Shown here: positions 48,893 through 57,369 of the stretch, piece by piece
Position numbering within the stretch: the stretch's first letter is position 1
Layout: each line of letters begins with the position of its first letter
Assembly: GCA_963756875.1 (NCBI GenBank)
Contig: CAVWPA010000003.1
Span: 64,001 to 128,000, forward strand
Direction of reading: 5' to 3'
Origin: an uncultured Verrucomicrobiae bacterium
GTDB taxonomy: Bacteria; Verrucomicrobiota; Verrucomicrobiia; Chthoniobacterales; UBA10450
Length of the DNA: 64,000 bases
Notes under the pieces: generated by a model
Told to the model about the DNA's origin: nothing
The model's database searches: none
Seen by the model: only the letters and a program-made list of their open reading frames with translations
Program-made: the position numbers and the translations under genes

Positions 48893-51760
48893 ATGGAGAA
48901 TGTGAAAAACCAGCATCCGCGCATCCCAGTTTGCACCTACCGGTTGCAATTCAACCGGGATTTCACATTTACCCAGGCGCGCGAGGTTGTTTCCTACCTG
49001 CATGAGCTCGGCGCGAGCGACGCCTACGCCTCCCCCTATTTTCAGGCGCGCGCAAACAGTCTTCACGGTTACGACATCACCGATCACAATAAATTGAACG
49101 AGGCGATCGGTTCGCGCGCGGATTACGACGCGTGGGTATCGGAGTTGCACGCGCGCGGCATGGGACAGGTGCTCGATTTCGTGCCGAACCATATGGGAAT
49201 CGGCGAGCCGCAGAACCTTTGGTGGCAGGACGTCCTCGAGAACGGCCCCAGCTCGACTTACGCGTCCTATTTCGACATCGACTGGCAGCCGCCCAAATCC
49301 GACCTGCACGACAAAGTGTTGCTGCCGATCCTCGGGGACCAATATGGGCGCGTGCTCGAACGCGGTGAACTAAAAGTGGGCTTCGAGGCCGGCACGTTCA
49401 CACTGTATTACTACGATCACATTTTGCCGATCGCGCCGGGGACGTACCGCTACATCCTCGATATCGCGCTCGAAAATCTGGCCGAATACAAAGAGGAAAC
49501 GTTCTACGCCGAGTTGCAGAGTATTTTGACAGCCCTCGAATACCTGCCACGACGCACGGAGACCGACCCGGAAAAGATCGCGGAACGCACCCGTGAAAAG
49601 GAAATCATCAAGCGGCGACTGGAGCGCAGGTCGCAAGAGGCGCCACAGGTTCAAGACGCAATCGACAAGGCGCTGGCACAAATCAACGGCAGGCCGGGCG
49701 AACCCCGCAGCTTCGACAGGCTCAATGAATTGTTGAACGCGCAAGCCTACCGCCTCGCCTTTTGGCGCGTGGCGGCTGAAGAAATCAACTATCGCCGCTT
49801 CTTCGATGTAAACGATCTGGCCGCCATTCGCATGGAAGTGCCGGAAGTCTTCGAAGCGACTCACCGGCTTCTTTTCGAGCTTGTCCGGGTTGGCGCGGTG
49901 ACCGGACTGCGAATCGACCATCCCGACGGCTTGTACTTGCCCAGGGACTATTTCGAGAAAATCCAGCGGCGCTGCGCGGAAGCGCTCGGAATTCCGCTGC
50001 CGGCAGACGGCCGCGCAATTTACATGGTCGTCGAAAAAATCCTGAGCGGCGCCGAACAATTACCCCGCAACTGGCCTGTGCATGGCACAACCGGCTACGA
50101 TTTTACAAACGATGTAACGCAATTGCTTGTCGATTCCGCCGCCGAGGAGGCCATCACCAAGGCCTACCGGCGTTTTATCGGGCATTCGATGCATTTCGGG
50201 CATCTGATGTACGCAAAGAAACGGCAGGTCACGCGACTGGCGCTTGCCAATGACGTGAACGTGCTCGGTGGCATGCTGGACCGGCTCTCCGAGCATAATC
50301 GCTGGTACCGCGATTTTACCCTTCAATCGCTGTCACTGGCTGTCCGTGAGACGATCGCCTGCTTCCCGGTTTACCGCACTTATCTCGAGCCCGGCGAACC
50401 CGTCAGCGATGCCGACCGGCAGGTCATCGAGCGCGCCATCGCCGCGGCCAAGCGGCGCAATCCGGGCGTCGAAGAATCGGTCTTCAATTTTTTGCGCGAC
50501 ATTTTGCTTTTCCGATTTCCGAAAAATCTCGACGAAGAATCGCGGGCGGAACACACGCAGTTCGTTCTCAAGTTTCAGCAATACACGGGGCCCATCACGG
50601 CAAAAGGGCTCGAGGACACGGTGTTCTATATTTTCAATCGTCTGGCTGCCCTGAACGAAGTAGGCGGGGAACCGCAGCAATTCGGGATCGGTATCGATAA
50701 ATTTCATCAGCGCAATCGGGACCGGCAACGCGACTGGCCGTCGACGTTACTGGCGACCTCGACGCACGACACGAAGAGAAGCGAAGATGTGCGCGCGCGA
50801 ATGGTCGCCATTTCGGAGATGCCCCATCTTTGGCGACAGTCGCTGCAGCGGTGGCGCACGGCGAATCACCGCTGGAAAAAGCGCATCGAAGAAGCGGAAG
50901 CGCCGGACGCGAACGAAGAGTATCTCCTCTATCAGACTCTTCTGGGAATGTGGCCGGTGAACACGCGCGGTCAGGCCGAAAAGACGATTGGGACGGAATT
51001 GATAGAACGAATCCAGGCGTACATGGCGAAAGCCCTTAATGAAGCCAAGATCAACACCAGCTGGATCCAACCTAACGAAGCGTGGCTGTCCGCGACGCGT
51101 GATTTTGTTACCGCCATTCTCGAACCGTCGGCCAAGAACAGATTTCTTGCGGGCTTTCTTCCCATCGTCGAGGAGATCGCGCGCCTGGGCGCGATTAACT
51201 CGCTCGCCCAAACCCTGTTAAAGTTCACTTCGCCGGGTTTGCCCGACATCTATCAAGGCAGCGAGATCTGGAATTTTTCTCTGGTGGATCCTGACAATCG
51301 GCAGCCGGTCGATTACAAATGCCGGCGCAAAATGCTTCAATCGATCGCGAAGACAAATCCGGACGAGCTCTTTCAAAACTGGCCGGACGGCCGAATCAAA
51401 ATGTTTTTGACTCACCGGCTGCTCCGGTTCCGGAACGAACATGTCGACCTTTTCCGGCACGGCGATTATTTGCCGCTCAACACCGGCGGAACGTTTGCCG
51501 AGTGTGCCGTCAGTTTCGCGAGAAAACTGGATGATCACTGGATCGTGATCGTCGCGCCGCGGCTTTCTTCGCGTATTGGTTTTCCACCGCTTGGTTCGTG
51601 GTGGAAAGAGACCGTTGTCGATCTGCCGGATTCGCTCTCGTTCGCGCACGCGCACGCGCACGATCTTTTTACATGTCGTGAAGTAGGTTTGGAAAATCGC
51701 CGGCTGAAACTCGCGGACGCGTTATCGATCCTGCCGTTCGCGGCGATTACGAATCTGTAG
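48893..51760 (+). CDS. treY: Malto-oligosyltrehalose synthase
   Basis: [45 protein letters not shown] and SLVDPDNR. Confidence 0.96.
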   Translation: MENVKNQHPRIPVCTYRLQFNRDFTFTQAREVVSYLHELGASDAYASPYFQARANSLHGYDITDHNKLNEAIGSRADYDAWVSELHARGMGQVLDFVPNHMGIGEPQNLWWQDVLENGPSSTYASYFDIDWQPPKSDLHDKVLLPILGDQYGRVLERGELKVGFEAGTFTLYYYDHILPIAPGTYRYILDIALENLAEYKEETFYAELQSILTALEYLPRRTETDPEKIAERTREKEIIKRRLERRSQEAPQVQDAIDKALAQINGRPGEPRSFDRLNELLNAQAYRLAFWRVAAEEINYRRFFDVNDLAAIRMEVPEVFEATHRLLFELVRVGAVTGLRIDHPDGLYLPRDYFEKIQRRCAEALGIPLPADGRAIYMVVEKILSGAEQLPRNWPVHGTTGYDFTNDVTQLLVDSAAEEAITKAYRRFIGHSMHFGHLMYAKKRQVTRLALANDVNVLGGMLDRLSEHNRWYRDFTLQSLSLAVRETIACFPVYRTYLEPGEPVSDADRQVIERAIAAAKRRNPGVEESVFNFLRDILLFRFPKNLDEESRAEHTQFVLKFQQYTGPITAKGLEDTVFYIFNRLAALNEVGGEPQQFGIGIDKFHQRNRDRQRDWPSTLLATSTHDTKRSEDVRARMVAISEMPHLWRQSLQRWRTANHRWKKRIEEAEAPDANEEYLLYQTLLGMWPVNTRGQAEKTIGTELIERIQAYMAKALNEAKINTSWIQPNEAWLSATRDFVTAILEPSAKNRFLAGFLPIVEEIARLGAINSLAQTLLKFTSPGLPDIYQGSEIWNFSLVDPDNRQPVDYKCRRKMLQSIAKTNPDELFQNWPDGRIKMFLTHRLLRFRNEHVDLFRHGDYLPLNTGGTFAECAVSFARKLDDHWIVIVAPRLSSRIGFPPLGSWWKETVVDLPDSLSFAHAHAHDLFTCREVGLENRRLKLADALSILPFAAITNL

Positions 51761-51761
51761 C

Positions 51762-51920
51762 TGTAGCGGCGGTCTATGACCGTCGCACTTTTCCTCGGCA
51801 GGCGTCGCGCGCGGCGTCGAAAGGAGTCTCGGATGGGGTTCAAATCTTCGGGGGTGTTCGGGCACTTGTGGATGTGCGTTAAAGATTTATGCGACCCCGA
51901 AAGCATTCGGGGCCGCTACA
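51762..51920. repeat. GTAG REP-like doublet whose right arm carries a swapped hairpin
   Basis: TGTAGCGGCGGTCTATGACCGTCGC ... GCGA[CCCCGAAAGCATTCGGGG]CCGCTACA. Confidence 0.75.
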
Positions 51921-51952
51921 AGCGGACCATCGGATAAATTTGGGAGTCTGAG

Positions 51953-52777
51953 CTAGAACTGCGCGCCCTGGTTGAAGCGATGAGCCAGGCCGACCACCCA
52001 CTGCGCGAAGTTGCCGATGTTGTCCATGAGATCCGCTCCGAAGCTGGCGAACGTGATTCGCGGCGAAGCAAGAATGAGCATCACGCAAAGCAGTATCAGA
52101 TTCATCAGATAAATCACGACCAGCGAGAAAAAGGTCCCGTGGTCGCTCAAATCCGTCTGGTTTTTCGGAATCATCCAACAGGTGAACGTGAAATGAAATG
52201 CCCAGGTGACGCCAATTAGGGCGTAAAGCAATCGACCGTAAGGCTGCATGTTATAAAACAGGCTGAGCCCACCGTAGATGAGAATAACGAGAACGCTGTA
52301 AAGCGGGAAAACGTAGGGGGCCAGCGCGATCCAGAAATTTGTGCGGTTGGTTACGATATGGCCGCCTTCGCGGCTTACACGAAACCGGCTGACCCTGCCG
52401 CCCATCAGCCAGACCCAGAGCGCGTGCGTCAGTTCATGGCCGAAAACGTAAATAACGACCGGCCGCGGCAGGCCGAAAAATGAGATCAGCCACAAGAGTG
52501 CGCCTAACGAGAAGAACCAGAATTCCTCTCCAGTCCAGAGCCCTTGCGCGACTGTGGCGCGAGTAAAGGCAGTAAAAAAAGTCTGGCTCAGGATGCCGCA
52601 GATCGGCAGCAGGAAAATCGCCGCTACGAATTTTACCCAGCGCGCCGGAACGGTGAGCGGGTCGAGGGAACGTTGCGCGCCCGGCATCGGGACGACGAAG
52701 GGAGCCACTTTTACGCGGCGGGTGCCCGTGCGCGCGTTGCGGCGATTTGCTGCCGATCTTCGATTGGTTGCTGCCAA
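51953..52777 (-). CDS. Membrane HExxH protein (M50-like metalloprotease), start uncertain
   Basis: YVFGHELTHALW and NFWIALAPY in TM context. Confidence 0.7.
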   Translation of the reverse strand: MAATNRRSAANRRNARTGTRRVKVAPFVVPMPGAQRSLDPLTVPARWVKFVAAIFLLPICGILSQTFFTAFTRATVAQGLWTGEEFWFFSLGALLWLISFFGLPRPVVIYVFGHELTHALWVWLMGGRVSRFRVSREGGHIVTNRTNFWIALAPYVFPLYSVLVILIYGGLSLFYNMQPYGRLLYALIGVTWAFHFTFTCWMIPKNQTDLSDHGTFFSLVVIYLMNLILLCVMLILASPRITFASFGADLMDNIGNFAQWVVGLAHRFNQGAQF

Positions 52778-52837
52778 GGCTGCCCGCAGATTACGCAGAT
52801 TGTCGCGGACTTTGAAAAGATAAATTACAGCCCAACG

Positions 52838-53395
52838 CTACGCGCGTCCCATGTAGTCCCCGCTGCGGGTGTCGATCTTGACGGTTTCGCCTTCTTTAAT
52901 GAATAGCGGAACGTTGATGGTTTTACCGCTCTCCAGCTTTGCGGGTTTGGTCACGTTGCTGGCTGTGTCGCCGCGCAAACCTTCCGCTGACTCGACGACT
53001 TTAAGGTTCACCGACGCGGGAAGCTCGATCTGGACCGGTTTCCCCTCGGCGTACAACACCTGCACAGCGAGATTCTCGACGAGATAATCTTTTGCGTCGC
53101 CGATCAAATTCTCCTGGAACGTAACCGTGTCATAGGTCTCCGGATCCATGAAATGGTAGCCGTTGCGATCCTTGTAACTGAACTCGAGCTGCTTTCGCTC
53201 GATCTCGACCAATTCGACCTTGTCGGTTGAACCAAACCGAACGTCAGCGCTTTTGCCGGTGTTGATGTAACGAATGATCGCCTGGACAAAGGCGCGCAGA
53301 TTGCCCGGTGTGCGATGATGCACTTCAAGCACAATGGCGGTGTTGCCATTGTATTTAACGGCCATTCCTTTGCGGAGATCGTTGGCGGCGGGCAT
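52838..53395 (-). CDS. efp: Elongation factor P
   Basis: DLRKG, YHFMDPETYD, GLRGDTAS and VPLFIKEGETVKIDTRSGDYMGRA. Confidence 0.96.
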   Translation of the reverse strand: MPAANDLRKGMAVKYNGNTAIVLEVHHRTPGNLRAFVQAIIRYINTGKSADVRFGSTDKVELVEIERKQLEFSYKDRNGYHFMDPETYDTVTFQENLIGDAKDYLVENLAVQVLYAEGKPVQIELPASVNLKVVESAEGLRGDTASNVTKPAKLESGKTINVPLFIKEGETVKIDTRSGDYMGRA

Positions 53396-53480
53396 GTTGG
53401 GAAGACGGTAATTTGTTAAAAGGGGTTACAACGTTAAATGGGAGCGCGACGTTACGCGCGAGCAGCGTCGATGCAAGTGG

Positions 53481-53634
53481 CCTGGGTAGCGCACGCGTCC
53501 CGCGTGCTGGCGACGGTGTCTCGCCGTCGCGAACTTTCCTTAGGCTTTCCATTCGTTCATCGCAAAACATCATGAGGAAAGTTCGTTTTGGCGAGACCCC
53601 AAAACCAGCACGCGGGACGCATGCGCTACCCAGG
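53481..53634. repeat. 154-bp MITE-like element with 30-bp terminal inverted repeats
   Basis: CCTGGGTAGCGCACGCGTCCCGCGTGCTGG versus CCAGCACGCGGGACGCATGCGCTACCCAGG, 29/30 complementary. Confidence 0.85.
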
Positions 53635-53646
53635 CCACGCGGCGGT

Positions 53647-54618
53647 TTATAAAAGCTTTAGTCTTGTCAAATCCTGTGAATCGACAATCCCAACCGGCTT
53701 TCGCGCGTCATCGACTACGACGAGGTCGTCAATACGGTGGCGTTCGAGCAGGCTGAGGACCTCCACCGCGAGTTTGTCCTGATGGATAGTGACCGGGTTG
53801 AGCGTCATCAAGTCGGATACCACTCGCTCGCCGACTTTTGAGTCCGATTGAAAATTTCTTACGAAATCGCCGTGCGTGAAAATTCCGACCAGCTGCCCAT
53901 CGCCATCAGTCACCACCGCGGCGCCCGCGCGCACTCTTGTCATTGCCTTCAATACATCGCGAACCGTCGCGTCAGAAGAAACCAGCGCCATCGCTTCGCG
54001 CGGGCGCATGATTTGATGGACGCGTATCAGCAGGCTGCGCCCGATCTTGCCGCCGGGATGAAATTTCGCGAAATCCTCCTTGTTGAACCCGCGCGCCTCC
54101 AGCAGCACCATGGCCAGCGCGTCGCCGAGCGCCAGCATCACCGTCGTGCTTGACGTCGGCGCCAGATTCAGCGGACAGGCCTCCTGCTGAACGCTGGCAT
54201 CCAGAAAAAGGTGGGCATTTTTCGCGAGCGTCGAGTTCGCATCTCCGCAAATAGCGATGATCTTGACCTGAAACCGCGCGATCGCAGGCAAGACACGCGT
54301 TAATTCTTCGGTCTCCCCGCTGGAGCTTAAGGCCAGAACAACGTCGCCGTCCGCCACCATTCCAAGATCGCCATGCAACGCGTTGAGCGAATCGAGTACC
54401 ACGGCTGGCGAACCGGTGCTGGTGAGCGTCGAGGCAATCTTGCTGCCGATATGGCCGGATTTGCCGACGCCCACGACGACCACCTTGCCGCGGGCATCAA
54501 CGGCTTCTTTGATCAACTCCACTGCGCGCGTGAAGCTCTCCCCCAGGCGCTCCCGCAACCGCTGGAGCTCGACGATTTCGATATCGAGAACGCGCTTAGC
54601 TTTTTCCTGATAATCCAT
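53647..54618 (-). CDS. kdsD: Arabinose-5-phosphate isomerase (KpsF/GutQ, SIS plus CBS)
   Basis: GVGKSGHIG, HGDLG, EACPLNLAPTSST, FHPGG and a CBS pair. Confidence 0.93.
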   Translation of the reverse strand: MDYQEKAKRVLDIEIVELQRLRERLGESFTRAVELIKEAVDARGKVVVVGVGKSGHIGSKIASTLTSTGSPAVVLDSLNALHGDLGMVADGDVVLALSSSGETEELTRVLPAIARFQVKIIAICGDANSTLAKNAHLFLDASVQQEACPLNLAPTSSTTVMLALGDALAMVLLEARGFNKEDFAKFHPGGKIGRSLLIRVHQIMRPREAMALVSSDATVRDVLKAMTRVRAGAAVVTDGDGQLVGIFTHGDFVRNFQSDSKVGERVVSDLMTLNPVTIHQDKLAVEVLSLLERHRIDDLVVVDDARKPVGIVDSQDLTRLKLL

Positions 54619-54692
54619 TTATATTGACAATTGTGAGCCGGAGCGCTGTAACCGGCAAGGGCTAGTGCGTCCCGGGTGAAAGGAAATCGACC

Positions 54693-54982
54693 ATGAAAAC
54701 ACTAACCATAGCGATCTTATTCGCGCTCGTTGCTATTGCCGGCGCACAAACTCTGCGAGCGCCAATTAAAAAGAAAGCGGTGAAAACGCGGCCACCAGCG
54801 CCGATTCGCCGGGAGAACGTCGACGGGAGTGCTTCCCAGCTGCTTTCCAGCCCGGCGGGAATCCGCTGCAAATGTTGAATCCGAAGGCGCCGGCGAAATA
54901 TGGAACGGCCGAACAACACGTGGACATCGATCCAAGGACCGGAAAATGGAAGGGCATCAGGCTCTTCACAATCAACTTCTGA
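54693..54982 (+). CDS. Small exported hypothetical protein, two apparent indels near 54826-54841
   Basis: MKTLTIAILFALVAIAGAQ signal; a shifted frame continues AFQPGGNPLQMLNPKAPAKYG...GIRLFTINF*. Confidence 0.55.
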
Positions 54983-55104
54983 GTGGGTGACCCGGCCCGG
55001 TCCCAGGAAAAGCGCCTCGCTTGCCGCCTTACCGCTGTATGCCTCGCCAGGCGAATGCGCTGCGATTTCGAATTGAACGCCCGGCCTTGAGCGCGGAGCG
55101 TTAG

Positions 55105-56298
55105 ATGTTGAATTCCGCTTCCGATTCGTCGCCAACTGTTGCGTTTTATTGCGCGACGTTCCTTAAGCCGGAGATGTTGCATATCTACCGGCAGATCACC
55201 GCGCTCGAGCGCGTTCGCGCCGTTGTCATCGCGCAGAAACGGGAAAACGCCGGCGTTTTTCCGTTTGATCCAATTTACCAGGTCCCAAAGCCTGCGACGC
55301 ATTTTCTTCGCCGGTTCTGGTACCGGCAAATTTGCGATGTTCCCTGGCAGTTCTCCGACAGGGAAGTTGCCGCTCTGCTGCGCATTCTGGAGACCAGTCA
55401 GGCCGAGCTGCTTCAAATCTTTTTCGGCCACATCGCCGTGCATCTTCTTCCCCTGATTCGTGCGTGGCCAAAACCGGCGATCGTTTCATTTCATGGCGCC
55501 GACGTCCTTGTCGATATGGACAAACCGGCATATCGCCGGGCGACAAGGGAAATGCTCGCTGCAGTGCAACGCGTTTTCGTCCGCTCGGAATCTCTCCGCC
55601 GCGCGATTGTCGATCTTGGCTGCGACGAAAAGAAGATCGATGTGGTGCGCACCGGCATTCCGCTCGGGCAATTTCCGTTTCGCGAGCGGAGCTTCCCGGA
55701 GAACGGCGAATGGCGATTTGTGCAGGCCTGCCGCTTAATCGAGAAGAAAGGCCTGGCGACAACCCTCCATGCATTTACAAATTTCCTCGCACAATATCCA
55801 AAGGCGAAGCTCACAATCGCCGGCGAAGGCCCATTACTCGAAGATCTGCGCGATTTGATGGCCAGACTAAAGATCGAGAATCGCGTGGCATTGCCCGGTT
55901 TTGTTTCGCAGGAGGAATTGCGCGAAATCTTTTATGCATCGCACATCTTTTTGCATCCCAGCGAGACCGGGCGGGACGGAAACCAGGAAGGGGTTCCAAA
56001 TTCGATGCTCGAGGCAATGGCCAGCGGATTGCCTGTTTTTGCGACCACCCACGGCGGAATTCCGGAGGCTGTTGAAAACGGAATAAGCGGAGTTCTCATT
56101 CCGGAACGAGATTATCAGGCGCTCGGACGAGCCTTGGTCGACGCGGCGCAAGATCCATCCCGGCTTTCGCGGATGGCGCGTGCAGGCGCGGAAGCGGTCG
56201 CGCAAAAATTCGATCAGCAACGACAAACACGCGCGCTGGAAGATTTGTATTTAAAAATGATCGCCACGGCGCGGCAAACCCAGTCGGTCAAGCCTTGA
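55105..56298 (+). CDS. GT4 glycosyltransferase (WcaL-like)
   Basis: SFHGAD, RLIEKKG, EGVPNSMLEAMASG and HGGIPE. Confidence 0.9.
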   Translation: MLNSASDSSPTVAFYCATFLKPEMLHIYRQITALERVRAVVIAQKRENAGVFPFDPIYQVPKPATHFLRRFWYRQICDVPWQFSDREVAALLRILETSQAELLQIFFGHIAVHLLPLIRAWPKPAIVSFHGADVLVDMDKPAYRRATREMLAAVQRVFVRSESLRRAIVDLGCDEKKIDVVRTGIPLGQFPFRERSFPENGEWRFVQACRLIEKKGLATTLHAFTNFLAQYPKAKLTIAGEGPLLEDLRDLMARLKIENRVALPGFVSQEELREIFYASHIFLHPSETGRDGNQEGVPNSMLEAMASGLPVFATTHGGIPEAVENGISGVLIPERDYQALGRALVDAAQDPSRLSRMARAGAEAVAQKFDQQRQTRALEDLYLKMIATARQTQSVKP

Positions 56299-56322
56299 CG
56301 CTGTCGGCGGGCAGAATGTCGC

Positions 56323-57355
56323 CTAACGGGCGGTGATGCCCTCGAAAAACTTCGCCAACTGCACGCGCACCGCTTGAAAGGAAAGGCGCTCGGCAGCACG
56401 CCACTGCGATTCCACGATTGCCGTGGCGCGCGCATTGGTGTTGGTCAGCAATCCCAGCGCAATGGAACCTACCTGGTCGGTCGTGCGCCCTTCCCCGCAG
56501 AACTTTTCGAACGCGATTCGCTCAATCGCGCCGTCCCCGCCAATGCAAACCGTTCGCGTGAGCAACGCATCGCCGGCAACCTGGCCGGGAACGCGGCTCC
56601 GATCCATTTGCAGTACCGATTTTGTGCTTCGCGACCTCCCGCAAGTATTCCGGATAGGCTTGGCGCTTCGTCAGAACACGCAGTTTGCCGGCCGGAAAGT
56701 TCAGTTCGGCAAGAGCTCTCGTGCCTTTTCGTCCGTCGAGATTAAAAACAGTCACCGCATCGCCCGTGGCGTCGCAAAGTTTGCGCGCCAGCAGTAAGGC
56801 CGCCAGATGGTTGCGCGACGGGACGTTCCATTCTCGCGTGCCAATGAAAATGCCGGCTTGCTCGTTAGGCGGTACCGCAAAATTCCACTGTTTATCTTCA
56901 ATTGGATATGGCGTCGGAATGAAGGCGACCGAGGCAGAATGCTTGTCGGCTCGCGCCAGCCGATAAATCTCCGCCGCCTCAGGTGTCGTGGCCAAACAGC
57001 CATCGGCCTTGGCCACGATTCGCAAGAATCGGGAAAGTTTCGCGGGGTTTCGCAATTGATCCGCGATCTGATGAAGACCGGTTTCTTTCAGCGAAACGGC
57101 TACAGTGCGACCGTGATTTTTGAGATCGGTCAGCGCGCGCTCGGTCGCCCTGAAATTGCCACGCAGCAGAAGCAGCACCGGCGCTTTCTCGCCAATCGCA
57201 TTTTTTGTGTCGCGCAAAAACGATCCCTGGGTGCATCCAGCGAAAGCATGAAAATTAATCGGCGGATGCGTCGTGACCGGGGCGCTTCCCTGATCGAAAT
57301 ACTGCTCCGGGTCGCGTCCACCGGGATTGAGAACGCTCAGCCGAAAATCTGTCAT
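56323..57355 (-). CDS. Hypothetical protein, possibly GT-B-like, frameshift near 56617
   Basis: ORFs 56522-57373 and 56323-56607 join as ...EVAKHKI/VLQMDRSRVPGQVAGDALL. Confidence 0.6.
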
Positions 57356-57369
57356 TCCACTGGTCGGCA

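Noticed and set aside
51644..51661. GCGCAC x3 in treY (AHAHAH)
   Set aside because: A short in-frame microsatellite in a C-terminal loop, with no sign of phase variation.
1342..54285. HIP1-like octamer GCGATCGC, at least nine copies (1342, 4464, 6938, 9585, 15043, 26826, 45119, 48824, 54278)
   Set aside because: The sequence is rich in CG and GATC, my count is incomplete, and the density is far below cyanobacterial HIP1; a Markov-model test would be needed.
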